64,000 bases of DNA from Amoeboaphelidium occidentale (GCA_023515795.1 JALGPX010000028.1:1-64000), one strand, 5' to 3'; positions 11,442 to 24,442 are shown, counted from the stretch's first letter. Program-made: numbers and translations. Notes: generated by a model not told the origin, from the sequence alone.

Positions 11442-12389
11442 ATGGACGATTTCGATTATTCCAGTGACTCATCCTCCGATTCTGTCGTGGCTACGGGCGG
11501 CAGAAGATCGTTACTTAACAAGATTATGAAGAAGGAAGAATCTTTTGAAGCTGCTGAAGTTACTGATGCTGCTGAATCTGATGGTGATACTAAAGATCAG
11601 AACAAGACTTCCAAAGATCAAAGCAAAACTGGGCAATTCAGAAATAAGCAGCGTGTTCTTATTACGGCTGGAAGAGGTCTTGATGCGCGACTAAGACATC
11701 TTTTGAAAGACATACACGCGCTTATCCCTCACTCAAAGAAGGACTCAAAATTAAAGGACATCAACGAATTACAAGAAATTTCTGATTTGGAAAAGTGCAA
11801 TAACGCATTGTACATGGAAGGAAACAAGGATGACGCGTATTTATGGTTGGGGAAGACTGTTGAAGGGCCTTCTGTTAAATTTGCGCTGCACTCGATCCAG
11901 ACTGTTAAGGAATTGAAGTCTTTGGGTAACTGCTTGAAAGGTTCCAGGCCTTTTTTGGTTTTCACTAAAGAGTTTGATACAAAGCCTGAGTTTGCTGTTG
12001 TCAAACAATTGTTGCATCACACGTTTAATACTCCACGCAAACACAGAAAGAGCAAACCGTTCTTTGATCACGTGCTTCTGTTCTGTTACTTGGACTCAAA
12101 GATTTATGTTCGTCACTATCAGATTGTAAAGCAGGAAGTTGTTGAAATTGGGCCGCGCTTTGTGTTGAATCCTATCAGAATATTTGGTGGTTCTTTTGGT
12201 GGTATGACTCTTTTTCATAATAAGGATTATGTTAGCAACAGAAATGTTAGGATTAGTATGACGAAGGAGAAGGGTATGAAGTATGGTAACAGGTTGGTAA
12301 AGGATACAAAGAGAAAGGGTAAAGAAATGGAATTAGAAGGTGCATTGAAGACAGAATTGGATGTTGTTGATAATGTGTTCAAGGCTTAG
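11442..12389 (+). CDS. BRX1: Ribosome biogenesis Brix-domain protein Brx1
   Basis: NKQRVLI, PHSKKDSK, GPSVKF, GNCLKGSRP, EIGPRFVLNPIRIFGGSFGG. Confidence 0.93.
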   Translation: MDDFDYSSDSSSDSVVATGGRRSLLNKIMKKEESFEAAEVTDAAESDGDTKDQNKTSKDQSKTGQFRNKQRVLITAGRGLDARLRHLLKDIHALIPHSKKDSKLKDINELQEISDLEKCNNALYMEGNKDDAYLWLGKTVEGPSVKFALHSIQTVKELKSLGNCLKGSRPFLVFTKEFDTKPEFAVVKQLLHHTFNTPRKHRKSKPFFDHVLLFCYLDSKIYVRHYQIVKQEVVEIGPRFVLNPIRIFGGSFGGMTLFHNKDYVSNRNVRISMTKEKGMKYGNRLVKDTKRKGKEMELEGALKTELDVVDNVFKA

Positions 12390-12443
12390 TCAAAGAAGTA
12401 ATAGACTTTAAATCATATTATAAGTTTTTTACTCTTTATTTTT

Positions 12444-15433
12444 TCAGTTGAGCTTTAGCTTTGCAAATTTAATTGCTGCGGTTAATGCTTCGTCTGCTTT
12501 GGATGAATCTTCGCCAGATCCATTAGCAGTCTCATCTTTACCTCCCTTCTTTCCGCCAACATAATTTGCAACAACTTCGGCCCATTCATTAGCCTTCAGC
12601 TTAGAAGTTATATCCTACAAAAAGAAGTGAATTCGGATATCGGAATAAATACCTTTGGCACTGTACAACTGTGTTGAACACGATTAGATGTCTTATCGAC
12701 ATTCAAGATCAGAAATGGTTTCTTCTTTGTCTTCATGTGATTTACTGCACCAGTAACGGTTCTGCTATCAACATTCTCCAGTTTAAGAACATAGTAATTC
12801 TGATTCTTTTCGAGCAGTTCATTGAGTTGACCAACAACACTCTTTAACTCTTCAGCTTGTTTTGCCTTCTGAGATTCCATAAAATCTTTCTGAAGCTTTG
12901 TGAGAGTATTTCTAAATTCAGTCTTTTGTATGAGAGAAATGGAAAGCTGATCAAGTTCTGTCTTAACGGACTTCTGAGCAGAATCGAATTCAGAACCACT
13001 CAACTTGGAAAGTTCTTCTAATTTCTTTCTGAAAACTTGAGCTAATCTTGATGCTTCATGAGCTTCTTCCCCAGTAACTGCAATAATACGCCTAATTCCT
13101 TTTGCAATACTGGAGTCTTCTAGAATGACAAAGTTTCTAATGTCTCCAGTCTTGGAAACATGAGTTCCTCCGCAAAATTCAACAGAAGTACTTTCCCACT
13201 TTTCACTCTGAGGATCTTTCAGAATATCATCAACATCATACTTAACAGAAACAACTCTAACTGGATCTGGGTATGTTTCGCCAAACACAGCACGCAAGCC
13301 TCTTATCTTCATTCCAACACTGAGTGGCACTTCTTTGGAATATACAGGAAAGTTTTGCTTGATGAAATCGTTAGCAGTGTTCTCTGCAACGACCAGTTGC
13401 TCTGTGCTAAGAGCATTCTTACAGCTGTAATCAAATCTCAACTTATCTTGAGCTACAAGAGATCCCTTTTGGTCACATTCTTCTGAACCCATAGCCTTCT
13501 TCAATGCAAAGTTCAAAATGTGTGTTGCAGTATGATTGTTACGCAAAGGCCATCTTCTGCTTTCGTCATATGAACAAACAACTTCATCATTAAGAGATAA
13601 TGAGCCAGTTTTCAATGTTCCAACATGCAAAATGTAACCTCCGTATACTTGAACATCCTCTACAGAAAAGGAAACATCTTTAGAATCTATAGTTATGGTA
13701 CCAATGTCAGCCTCTTGACCACCTTGTTCGGCATAGAAGTTTGTCTTATCCAAAACTAAGCCAACAGTATCAGTAGATGATTTGATTGCATCAACAAACT
13801 TATCAGCAACACGAATAGCCAAAAGCTTTGCAGAGATATCAGACTTTTCATACTTGAATATATCATTGGTCTTTGGAACTTTCCTGTCTTTTTCCAATTC
13901 AGCAATACCGTGGACATCTAGTTTGACAGCAGCTTTAGCTCCAGAATCTTTCTTAGCTCTTGAAACTTCCTTTGCCTTCTGTTGCTCCCTCATGAATGCA
14001 TCTTCGTCAACTTTCATTCCTCTCTCTGATGCCATCAGACGAGTCAAGTCAATAGGAAAGCCAAAAGTATCGTACAGTCTGAATGCATCTTCTCCTGAGA
14101 TAGAATCTTTACCAGAGTCTTTAGCTTTCTGTAAGATTGTCTCAAAAATCTTCTCTCCTCTATCCAATGTCTTTGCGAACCCAACTTCTTCTTCTTGGAG
14201 AATTTCTTTGATTTCGTCAACTCTCTTTCTGACTTCAGGGAAAGCATCTTCCAAACTAAGAACGACCGTATCAACCAACGATGGAAAAAAGTTGCCTAAT
14301 TGAACACCAAATCTTCTTCTAGCATATCGGACACCTCTTCTCAGAATACGGCGAATAACGTAACCTCTACCATCGCTGGAAGGATACCCACCGTCCGACA
14401 ACGCAATTGTAAGAGTTCTTGCGTGATCAGCGACAACTCTGTATGCCATATCCACACCATCAACATCAGCAGCACCGACTTTACCTTCATAAGCCCTAAC
14501 ACCAGTAATCTTCTGAATCTGATCAAACAAAGGCATGAAAACATCAGTGTCGTAGTTAGAGCGCTTGTTCTGAAGCACAGACACAAGTCTTTCCAAGCCC
14601 ATACCAGTATCAACGTGTTTAGCTGGTAGCGGTCTTAATTTACCATCAGCTTCCCTGTTAAATTGAATGAAGACAAGATTCCAGATTTCCAAAACGTCGG
14701 GATCATCCAAATTTACCAAAGCAGCGGCATCTCTATTTCCAATGCGATCGTAGTGGATCTCAGAACATGGACCACATGGACCTTGATCACCCATTTCCCA
14801 GAAGTTCTCCTTAGCACCAAAAGGCAAAACTCTTTCAGCAGGGACTCCAATATCAATCCAGAGTTGTTTTGCTTCTAAATCTGCTTGCAAGCCGTTCTTC
14901 TCATCGCCACCAAAGTAAGTCACATACAAACGGTTCTTATCAATACCGTATTCCTTAGTCAACAACTCCCAAGACATTTTAATCGCTTCCTTCTTAAAAT
15001 AATCACCAAAAGACCAATTGCCCAACATCTCAAAGAAAGTGTGATGATAAACGTCTTTACCAACATCCTCCAAATCGTTGTGCTTTCCACCAGCCCTGAT
15101 ACATTTCTGGGAATTAGCAGCTGCCTTCCATTTGGACATTTCCGAGTGTGGCGATACGGTACCCAAGAAGATTGGCTTGAACTGGTTCATTCCAGCATTA
15201 GCGAATAGCAACGTGGGGTCATCGTGAGGGATAGTCGGCGAAGAAGGCACAAAAGTGTGGCGATATTTCTGACAGAAGAAGTCAATGAATGTCTGTCTGA
15301 CTCTTTTAACGGGCCAAGTTTCGTTGGTCATATTTCGCAAGGAACAAAGTTTGGACTTTGCAAAGTTTGCCAGCGGAGTCGTTTCGGAAAAGATATTCTG
15401 ATGGCGCACGGAGATTAAAAAGGATCGTTTCAA
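12444..15433 (-). CDS. ALA1: Alanyl-tRNA synthetase (first ATG 15331; probable non-AUG mitochondrial extension from about 15433-15445; intron 12615-12652)
   Basis: LLFANAGMNQFK, HHTFFEMLGNWSF, DTGMGLER, NHTATH and EFCGGTH editing domain, C-terminal GGKKGG exon. Confidence 0.97.
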
Positions 15434-15706
15434 TATCGTAATAATTTTTAACGAAAAGCACGTAAGGGAGTGGTGCTGTTGGAGTATCAGCTGGGGAGCA
15501 TGCTTAAGGTTGAGATTTAAATGGTATCGTTGATGACAATGACACGTAAAGGCAAATCATTGGATGATATGAACGCATTTAGTCGGATTAACAGCTGCTT
15601 TGCGTGAACAGGGTCTTGATCTTGTTAAATCTTTCTGCAGTTTGTTATTTGCTCCTCGAGGCAACAGTTCGAACAGACCTTCTACCTTTCCTTCACATAA
15701 AGAAAC

Positions 15707-17419
15707 ATGGAAAACTTTCTGGGAAATAACTCTTATCAGCGTTTCTCTGTTGAGGACATTTCTGAGCTTGAGAATATTGAGAGCGGAGTTCAAGTGCTTA
15801 GAGATGTTTCGATCGATCATCCTGACACTTCCGACGAGGAAATAAGGGCTTGGTACATGTACATACTCGGAATTGAGCCGTACTCTGTTGCATGCCTGGC
15901 AATATTTATACCTTTAATAATTGAAGATCTTGCTTACAGGGCTGGCACTTCTAATATCAACGATTCTACTTATCCGAGATGTTTAGATAGATCGGTTGGC
16001 TTGCCTGATGACGCTCAATGTTTTGTGCCTTTTGGCGGTTACTGGGTTTCTCCTCAGTCGTATACATTTTATGTCTCGAGCATCAGCGTTGGTGTTCAAG
16101 TGTTCAGCTTTGTGACTTTTGGGTCTTTGGCAGACTATGGAAGCAACAGGAAACTATTCTTGATGATATTTAGTATGATACACATTCTGTGCTCTATTTC
16201 ATTCCTATTTGTTACTCGTCCAGAGCTTTATGGTCTTGTATCATTCTTATTTATCGCTGGGAATGTGTGTTTCGGCACATCACTTGTGTTTTACAACGCA
16301 TACCTTCCCATTCTTGTTGATGCTCATCCAGATGTGCGGAATCTAAAAAAAGAAATTGAAACTCAGTTAGAAGAATCTGAAACTGGAGGTGATTTAGCTG
16401 CATCGCCAGACAGTCTATTGCAAAAGGCCGATAATGGTTTGTTCCAACAAATGGAGAAGAATTTACATGCCACAAGGGAATCTTTGACAAATAAGATAAG
16501 CAGCAATGGGTTTATGGCAGGTTATGTAGGAGGTGTTTCGCTTCTTGTGACCATATCTCTGATCATATTCAGCAGCAGATCTTCGAATCCAACTTACATG
16601 ATGCAAATTGGTGTTGCAATTACGGGGTTTTGGTTCCTCATTATTCTATTTACTTTTGTTTACAGACAGTTGAAAGTTAGGCCTGGGCCGTCTCAGCGAT
16701 CCGGCTCTTGGCTGTCTTTGCTAACTTTCGGATGGAGGAAAACTTGGTTAACTTTGCGGAAAGGGTTTCAGTTAAAAAATCTTTTCTATTGTCTTGTATC
16801 TTGGTTCTTCTACTCTGATGGGATCGCTACAATCGGAATGGTTGCAATTCTCTACGCCAAAAGCGAATTCAATATGTCAACTACAGAATTATTAACTATT
16901 AGTATTCTTGCACCTCTGCTAGCAATAGTCGGGAATTATTTTTTCCTGCACTTCATTTATCATCGCTTTAAACTAGATTCAAAACAAATGGTTCTCGTTC
17001 TCTTAAGTTTGATGACACTGATTCCAGTATACGGAGTGTTTGGACTTTGGATACCAAGAAATATTCCGTTCGGTCTTCATTACTCCGCTGAGCTTTATGT
17101 ACTTGCTTGCTATTTTGGTTTCTTGTTGGGTGCTTTGCAATCTTTTTCTAGGGGATTGTTTGCTGAGTTGATACCTCCTGGTCTCGAGAGTGAATTCTTT
17201 GCATTGTATGAAATCACCGACAGGGGATCAAGTTTCCTTGGTCCTTTACTAGTTGGAGCAATACGAGATGCAGCAGGCTCCCTTCAGCATGGATTTTATG
17301 CTCTTTTGATTCTGTTTGCTATCGGTGTTCCGTTTTTGTTAGTAATTGAATTGGATGAAGGACGAAAGCAGGCCAAAGATTTTCAAGTAGATTGTCCAGA
17401 AGATGAGCCAGTAAATTGA
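15707..17419 (+). CDS. ATG22: Atg22-like MFS vacuolar amino-acid effluxer
   Basis: EIRAWYMY, GSLADYG, FYNAYLP, WFFYSDGIAT, SRGLFAELIPPGLESEFFALYEITDRGSSFLGP. Confidence 0.9.
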   Translation: MENFLGNNSYQRFSVEDISELENIESGVQVLRDVSIDHPDTSDEEIRAWYMYILGIEPYSVACLAIFIPLIIEDLAYRAGTSNINDSTYPRCLDRSVGLPDDAQCFVPFGGYWVSPQSYTFYVSSISVGVQVFSFVTFGSLADYGSNRKLFLMIFSMIHILCSISFLFVTRPELYGLVSFLFIAGNVCFGTSLVFYNAYLPILVDAHPDVRNLKKEIETQLEESETGGDLAASPDSLLQKADNGLFQQMEKNLHATRESLTNKISSNGFMAGYVGGVSLLVTISLIIFSSRSSNPTYMMQIGVAITGFWFLIILFTFVYRQLKVRPGPSQRSGSWLSLLTFGWRKTWLTLRKGFQLKNLFYCLVSWFFYSDGIATIGMVAILYAKSEFNMSTTELLTISILAPLLAIVGNYFFLHFIYHRFKLDSKQMVLVLLSLMTLIPVYGVFGLWIPRNIPFGLHYSAELYVLACYFGFLLGALQSFSRGLFAELIPPGLESEFFALYEITDRGSSFLGPLLVGAIRDAAGSLQHGFYALLILFAIGVPFLLVIELDEGRKQAKDFQVDCPEDEPVN

Positions 17420-17430
17420 TAAGTCTCTAT

Positions 17431-19326
17431 TTATCTAATGGATCGATACATGCTGTCTACTAATTTAGAAACTGCAGATCCTTTGCTTCTCAATGTCCGA
17501 AGATCTGAGAACGGTGCACTAAACGGAGAGCAAAGATCAGGCTCATTTATATCAGGACGATACAATCCTGCAAGACATTCTTCTTCTGTGCAAGTAAGAA
17601 GCTGTTTCATTGGGACAGGACAATTACGGAGAAGATCCTGCAAACATAATACCAACTCCATAATCGCTTGTTCGTCAGAGTATTTCAAAGCAATAGATGT
17701 AATTCTTCTGGCGAAAGCAGCAATGCGATCATTTATGCCGCTTACTGAATTGTTTTTGCCAAACATCAATGATACCATTCTTCTAACTGTTTTTGCATTC
17801 TTCAATTCTGGGCCTGAAGGACCTGTTTTCGTGGGCATTAACTTATTCAGGATAGAGTATCCGCGGTCATAAAACTCTTTTAGATCAAGGGTGACAAAAT
17901 CATCCTGACCTCTGCAAATGGAGAAACACGCAGAAACACATTCTAAAATGACATCGATTTCTAAACTCAACTCTTCTGAGTCCTTAAGAATTCCACCAAG
18001 TGTTTTTAGCAAGTCATTGAAGTAGCTGACACTTATCAGACTACTAAACTTTGAAATGCCGCGCAAGACAGGAAGAAGTAAAGAAGAGCCAGGATAAGCT
18101 TTCAAAATTCTGAAATAAGTAACAAAGACCTGCTCCAAAATCTCAGTATGAATTTTTCTGCGCTCTTCTTCGCTGACAATTGCTTCAGCTTCCATCATCT
18201 CCTTGTCAACTTCGTCCATCTTTTTCTTGCTCTTTCTTTGGGTTCTAGTCAAATGAATACGATCCTTCTTTCTAATCTTCTTTTTAGGAGCAGGATCCTT
18301 TGATTTCAAATCGGCCTTCAGATCTAATTTCAAAAAGGTAGAAATCAATAACGGCTGAACTTTGGTTCCGGCTGCTTTGACAAATTTGGAAATCTCTTTC
18401 ACGGCCTCCAAACTAGTTCTACCATGCGTATCCGATGCAAACAACTTTTCAATGCTACTACAACAATGTTCTCCAATAGTAACTTTAGACTTTGGCATTA
18501 ATCGTTTAGAGTTTGCCTTCCTGATAACATTATGAACCAGCAAGTGACTAAAATTGAAGTGAGACACACTTTGCAACAATTCACAGAAGCATTTCACAGC
18601 AACAGAAGATATCGAACCATCTTCGCACTTCTTTCCAGATAGCTCTTCTAATCTGTTCAAATATTTCTGATACTGTGCCAACATGGACTGCTCATAGTTT
18701 CGATTCTTCTTTACTTCCTTCGAGACCTTGATAGCCGCCTCTTTCTCAGTCAGAGGTCTGATTCTATAGCCTGGAATAATATCCTTAAATATAGCTAACA
18801 TAGAAATAAGAGCTAACTTGACTGCAATAGGATCTTTGTCGCGAGACAATAGCATCAACGCTTTGATTCTGTCAATATTCTCAATAGGGTTCTCCATTAT
18901 ATCATTCGATGCAGATGCCATAACGTTCTTCTTTTCCGTCAAAGTCATCTTAGAATAGTCAACCTTTGGCGTCTTGTTCGCGGCATCATTTTGCTTTGGT
19001 TGTTGTTCCTTGTTTTCCGTGATATCTTCATCCTTTGGCTCCTTCTTCACCTGAACCACCTGTTTTTGCCATGCCCCAGACCTGTCCTTAATCGGCAGTT
19101 TTGCTATAACGTCCTTTTCATCCTCGACCATGTTAAATTCACGCGGAGCTTTCTCGTATTCTTCCTCTGACTCAGAAACATTCAACGCGTAATCCGGAAT
19201 ATGCTGGTCAACCTCAAAGTTATCCATCTCATCCAAATCAGTGTCAGGGTCATCATCCACAGGAACCACCTCTAATGGCACGAAGATGGGATTTACTTTA
19301 TATTCTTTTCTAGATCTCTTTGGCAT
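17431..19326 (-). CDS. NOC3: Nucleolar complex protein 3
   Basis: KLPIK, IFKDIIPGYRIRPLTEKE, HFNF, VFVTYFRILK (CBF domain). Confidence 0.92.
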   Translation of the reverse strand: MPKRSRKEYKVNPIFVPLEVVPVDDDPDTDLDEMDNFEVDQHIPDYALNVSESEEEYEKAPREFNMVEDEKDVIAKLPIKDRSGAWQKQVVQVKKEPKDEDITENKEQQPKQNDAANKTPKVDYSKMTLTEKKNVMASASNDIMENPIENIDRIKALMLLSRDKDPIAVKLALISMLAIFKDIIPGYRIRPLTEKEAAIKVSKEVKKNRNYEQSMLAQYQKYLNRLEELSGKKCEDGSISSVAVKCFCELLQSVSHFNFSHLLVHNVIRKANSKRLMPKSKVTIGEHCCSSIEKLFASDTHGRTSLEAVKEISKFVKAAGTKVQPLLISTFLKLDLKADLKSKDPAPKKKIRKKDRIHLTRTQRKSKKKMDEVDKEMMEAEAIVSEEERRKIHTEILEQVFVTYFRILKAYPGSSLLLPVLRGISKFSSLISVSYFNDLLKTLGGILKDSEELSLEIDVILECVSACFSICRGQDDFVTLDLKEFYDRGYSILNKLMPTKTGPSGPELKNAKTVRRMVSLMFGKNNSVSGINDRIAAFARRITSIALKYSDEQAIMELVLCLQDLLRNCPVPMKQLLTCTEEECLAGLYRPDINEPDLCSPFSAPFSDLRTLRSKGSAVSKLVDSMYRSIR

Positions 19327-19366
19327 GGATCAGCTTGAAAAGGAAAATCAAGTATAAAAGGTTTAC

Positions 19367-19947
19367 TTAAAGCAACATTAAAGAACCGATGGCGAATACA
19401 GAACTTAAAATAAAACCACCGACTAAAGCATCAGCCCCATTTTTGTTGAATCTTGGATCGTTACTTGAAGGATCAGTGGAACAGACGCCACCAAGACATT
19501 GAGCAGGGGAAACAGCTCGTGGAAATTCAGGTTCTTTAGACATATCCGTAACATTCTTACCATCCTTATCGAATACCCAAAAAGCAGGCGAATAAGAAAA
19601 AGCGCTTCCGTCGTTAATTCTCACAGCGTACTGCCATGCAGGAATGTTGTCAGGCAATGTGAAGTTCACACCTGTTGTATCAGGACTCAGATTTGATCCC
19701 AGTATTGAAACAACGCGCACATTCGATTTATCAGTAGCAGGATACATTTCAATAGTAATTTTTGTTGGTTTAGAACCTCTTGCTTCCCATTTTACTGATG
19801 CCGGCCTTCCAGCCTGCCACAAGGTTGTGCCCTAGAAATTAGTTGCACCTCTAAATCTTGACTTACCAATGGAGCTGTGATAAATAGTTCAGCTGATACA
19901 AGAGAAAGCGCTGCTGAAAATGAAACAAGAGCGTGTATTAAGTTCAT
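19367..19947 (-). CDS. Secreted, probably GPI-anchored Kre9/KNH-like Ig-fold protein (intron 19832-19866)
   Basis: Signal peptide MNLIHALVSFSAALSLVSA, ITAP...WQAG...V.W, YSPAF, hydrophobic C-terminal tail. Confidence 0.75.
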
Positions 19948-20008
19948 AACGTAGATAAGAATGTTTTGTGTTCCAAACGACCAATCAACTTGCGAAACAG
20001 ACTCAGAA

Positions 20009-21091
20009 ATGCTTAGACATCGTAATTCGGCTGGTTTGCCGTTCACTTCTATCAATTTGGAATATTTAAAATCATTTGCATTGAATAGTATCAAGTTTTC
20101 CGCAAAAATAGCACGCGATAGTATGCTTAGCTTACTCAGATTTACTAAATTGTAGCCTTGTTCTTGCGCACATTTGAAGAGCCAGAAGATGAGAAAGTAT
20201 TATTTGACATGTCACAGAAAGGGGCTGAGTTAGAATGGGGAACTGGATGTGATCAGGACATTGGAGGATATTCCAAAGTGAGTGTGGAAAGCACGCCTGA
20301 GAAGAACTGTAATTGCTGATACACTTTGCCCTAAATTAACTCATGTAGTAAAATGGAGTGGAAATATATCTCTGGCGTTGGATTATAATTCGGATGCCAT
20401 GTACACTGGGTATGCTGCTTTACGGACACGCAACAGATTACCGGCGCATATATTCGATGATCGCTGTTTCGATTGTTCTCGATGGAGCTTTCTGGTGTTA
20501 AGGATGAGAGGTGATCACAGGACATATCAGTTTAATTTTAAACCACATCGATCCTTCAGTGGTGATTTATACTCTGCGCCATTCAAGTTCTTAACGCCAT
20601 ACGCTTGGGAAGACGTCATTTTCCCCTTTCAGTGGTTTAGAAGGACTAATTGTGGTGTGCAATATTACAGACAGTATGCTCCTAATTTGGAGAAAATAGG
20701 CTCTTTTGGATTTCTGCTGTCTGATCATATTCCTGGGCCTTTCAGTGTTGAAATCGAAAGCATCAGTCTGACAAATTTTAACTTTAAATTCGGCCACTAT
20801 TCTGAGTGGCCAGAAGAAGATTTGAAATTCCTTACGAAGCATCTGTTGGAGAAGAAGCCGCGTGAAGACTATACAGACTCTATTGATAATCAACTTGGAT
20901 TTGGTTTTGACGTAGAAGGCAACATTGATAGTTTTGAAAAGCAGAGCAAAAGATACAAGAATATGCTTCCTAACAAAGTTCATAATCCACACTGGCATGT
21001 AGAAATTAAAGCAACATCTAGTCCTATGCGATCTACGCCATCACAAAATGGAAGAAGATCGGTTACAGCAAACGAAATATACAAGCAATGA
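20009..21091 (+). CDS. NDUFAF1: Complex I assembly factor CIA30/NDUFAF1 (introns 20121-20155, 20309-20348)
   Basis: W.TGCDQDIGGYS, GYAALRT, LVLRMRGDHRTY, GPFSVEIESI. Confidence 0.88.
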
Positions 21092-21162
21092 CAGTCAGCA
21101 TTTCGGGCTCAAAACTTGTCCCTTGAATACAACTGAATTGATATTTATTAATATTTTATGTT

Positions 21163-22852
21163 TCATGGTTCGTTTGTTTCAGCGTTTGTGTCTTCTTCGG
21201 TATTTTCTTGGTTTCCCGACACATCTGAAGATCGCCGTTCCACTATGGACAGCCTTGCAACAGGAACATCACCAGAAGCACCAGACAACATGGCTAAATT
21301 TGCATCTTGACTAGCACCGACATTTTCAGGTATCATGATATGAATATTGGCGACATCACTAGCTTCTTGTTGCGCTTCACGCCGCTGTGCTTCTTCTTGT
21401 TCTGCCATTGACTGCCGTATTGCTTCTTGTAGCATCATCTCTTCTAGATCTGTGTTCATATCTCGTAAGCTGGAAAAGTACAAAGGTATTTCTTGTGAAG
21501 CATCAAAACCAGTAACAGAATTCACATCTCGCCTTCTGTTCCTGGCAGAGAGCCGGGAAGTATCAATGCCAAATTGATGTTGTAGGAATGCAAGTTGTCT
21601 TTGTTGTATCAAGAAGTTTGCTGCCAAGTTCGCATTGACTTGTCTGTTTAGTGCCTCCGATGCTAAAACGTTTAACATACCATCCGAGAGAGCACTTACC
21701 TAATCTTGACCGTTCCCTTTCCCTTTCTTGCTTCTTTTCAAAATTCTTTAGAAAGTCAGGCCGAATCTGGTCTGAAGTAACAATCAACTGTTGAGGCAAC
21801 TCTGAGCCCTTCTTAACTTTTGCAGACATGTTCAACTCTGAGTTTGACCTTTTAATTGAAGAAGGGGAAGTACTTGTGACACTACTAGTGCGTCCACCAG
21901 ATGCGACAACAACGTTTACAGTAGAAGTAGACGGTTGTGCTTTTTTCGTAGGTGAGATTGGTAATGATAAAGTAGAAGCCCGATAATCTCGATGATCATA
22001 TGAAACATCATTCTCTCGGTTCTTTTCAGGAGGATTATAGTAAACACCAAAGTCCGGTCGAACGCAGAATGGACAACATGCAGATGAAGCATCATCAATA
22101 TTTCTTCGAATTTCAATAAAACATTCTGTGCAAATAGGATGATCACAGCACCGCGTGTAATTAATGTTTTTTGGGTAAAGTAAAAAACAAATTGGACACT
22201 CAACAGGATCAGAATAATCTGGCTTGACTTCATACTCATGATTATTCCGGTGACTTGAAACAGGCGATGTTGGATGCGATGGATTCTTGCCAGTTTCAGC
22301 AGCCAAATCAGAGCTAGAGGTTTCAGCGTTCAAAGAATTCCCTTGCTGCTTGAAGGAACCACTTCGACGCAAAGTGCCAGATGCACTAGAAATACTTTTG
22401 ATAAAGTTTGCCGCAGTGACATTGAACGATACACTTTTAGGCCTGGTGGTAGATGCAGATGCATTATCCGTAACAGTTTTAGATTCCAGAGCCGGAGCAT
22501 CATTCGCACCAGCAAAAAGCGTCACTTTCTCAGTCGGTATTGATTCCTCATCGTTGTAGCCCAAGTAAAACGGCGCTAATCGTCTGGAAACAATAAACTG
22601 CTGAATTAAATCCAAATGATAAGAAAAATCTTCAGATTCTTCCTGTAGCTGTTCTTGCGATGTCGCCAAGTCTTTCGCTTTATCTCCTCTTGAGTACAAT
22701 CCATTCATTGGAAACAAGTAACCTCCATCAACCTTTTTAGTCCGTGGAAATATTCCATTCCTTCTCCGTTCCCTCAAAGCATCAGAACTTCCCAATTGTC
22801 CTCCTCCGCTGTTTCCGGAATTTCCACCGAAAGTTGAGCCGATATTTCCCAT
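21163..22852 (-). CDS. SIP5: Sip5-like RING protein (intron 21663-21699)
   Basis: MGN start, VDGGYL.P, RRLAPFY, ECPICFLLYP...CCDHPICTECF...CPFC, C-terminal LEEMMLQEAIRQSM. Confidence 0.9.
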
Positions 22853-22909
22853 TCGTAATTAATTACTTTTTCAGTGTTGAGACAACAAGTGCTTTCAGTT
22901 GGCGATTCG

Positions 22910-24442
22910 ATGCAAATCACAAGAGCGCTTCAGTTATCTGCTGCATACCGTACACATTAACATATCAGAACGACTGAATAGCTTTTTATAGGAAAGGTTT
23001 TAAGCCCAAAGACTATCAATGCGAATGTTATCAAGGCTGAGTACGCTGTGCGTGGTGAATTAGCAATCAAGGCTGAGCAGTTACGTGATAAGCTCAAGAA
23101 GGATCCAAGATCATTACCTTTTGATGAGATCATTGGATGTAACATTGGCAATCCTCAACAGCTCGGACAGAAGCCCATCACCTTCTTTAGACAGGTTTTG
23201 AGCTTATTGGAGTATGATGAAATGCTTGCAAAAGAGAATGAGAAGCAAGTCCTAAAGATGTACCCTAAAGATGCTTTAGAGAGGGCGCGTCAGATTTACA
23301 AAAGTTGCGATGGTGCTCCTGGTGCGTACAGTCACTCGAAAGGTGTTCCTGCTGTTCGAAAGCACGTCGCAGAGTTCATCAAACAGCGAGATGGTTACTC
23401 TGCAGATCCTGAGCGTATATTTCTCACTAATGGTGCAAGTCAAGGTGTACAGTTCGTTTTGCAATGTTTAGCTCAACATTCTGGAGTTGGTATTATGATT
23501 CCGATTCCGCAGTATCCACTTTACACAGCTACATTAGCTTTAAATGATTCTGTAGCAGTTCCATATTATCTTAATGAAGAAGAAGACTGGCGTATGGATA
23601 TTGATCATCTAACAGAACAGTTGAATGATGCAAGAGAAGAAGGAATTGATGTTCGCGCTCTGTGTGTCATAAATCCTGGAAACCCTACAGGTAATTGTCT
23701 CCCTGTGGATAATTTGAAACAGATTGTTGAGTTCTGTCATAAGGAAAACTTGGCTTTACTAGCTGATGAAGTTTACCAGGTCAATACATATTTACCAGAC
23801 AGGCCGTTTGTTTCTTTCAAAAAAGTGTTACAAGAGTCCCCGGAACCAATTAAAAACTCTCTGGAATTATTTTCATTCCATTCTGTATCTAAAGGTGTTA
23901 TCGGAGAATGTGGTAAGAGAGGCGGCTATTTTGAGTGTGTGAATGTTTCTGATGAAGCTTTGGAACAAATCTACAAACTTGCCTCGATTTCTCTTTGCCC
24001 AAATGTTCAGGGGCAAGTAATGGTTGATTTAATGGTTAACCCACCGAAACAAGGAGATGTTAGTTTTGAATTGTACAAGAAAGAAACTGAAGGAATTTAT
24101 GAATCTCTGAAGCGACGTGCAAACAAACTGGTCGATGCTTTCAATGCAATGGAGAATGTTTCTTGTAACAAAGCAGAGGGGGCAATGTATTTGTTCCCAA
24201 ATGTTGAATTGCCAATTAGAGCCATTCAAGAGGCTGCGACTTTGAACAAAGCTCCAGATACATTCTATGCTTTGAAGATGTTGGAAGCGACAGGAGTTGT
24301 GATGGTACCAGGCAGTGGCTTTGGTCAGAAGGAGGGCACACACCATTTCAGATCTACATTCCTGCCACAAGAAGAAAAATTTGACTCTTTCATTCAAAAA
24401 ATTCAAAACTTTCACAAGGACTTCATGAAAAAGTACGAATAA
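22910..24442 (+). CDS. ALT1: Alanine aminotransferase (intron 22950-22991)
   Basis: AEYAVRGE, NIGNPQQLGQKPITFFRQV, INPGNPTG, ADEVYQ, SVSKG..GECGKRGGY. Confidence 0.95.

Noticed and set aside
9094..15418. Many antisense ORFs over TOP1, BRX1 and ALA1
   Set aside because: They are shadows of real CDSs with no recognisable protein features.
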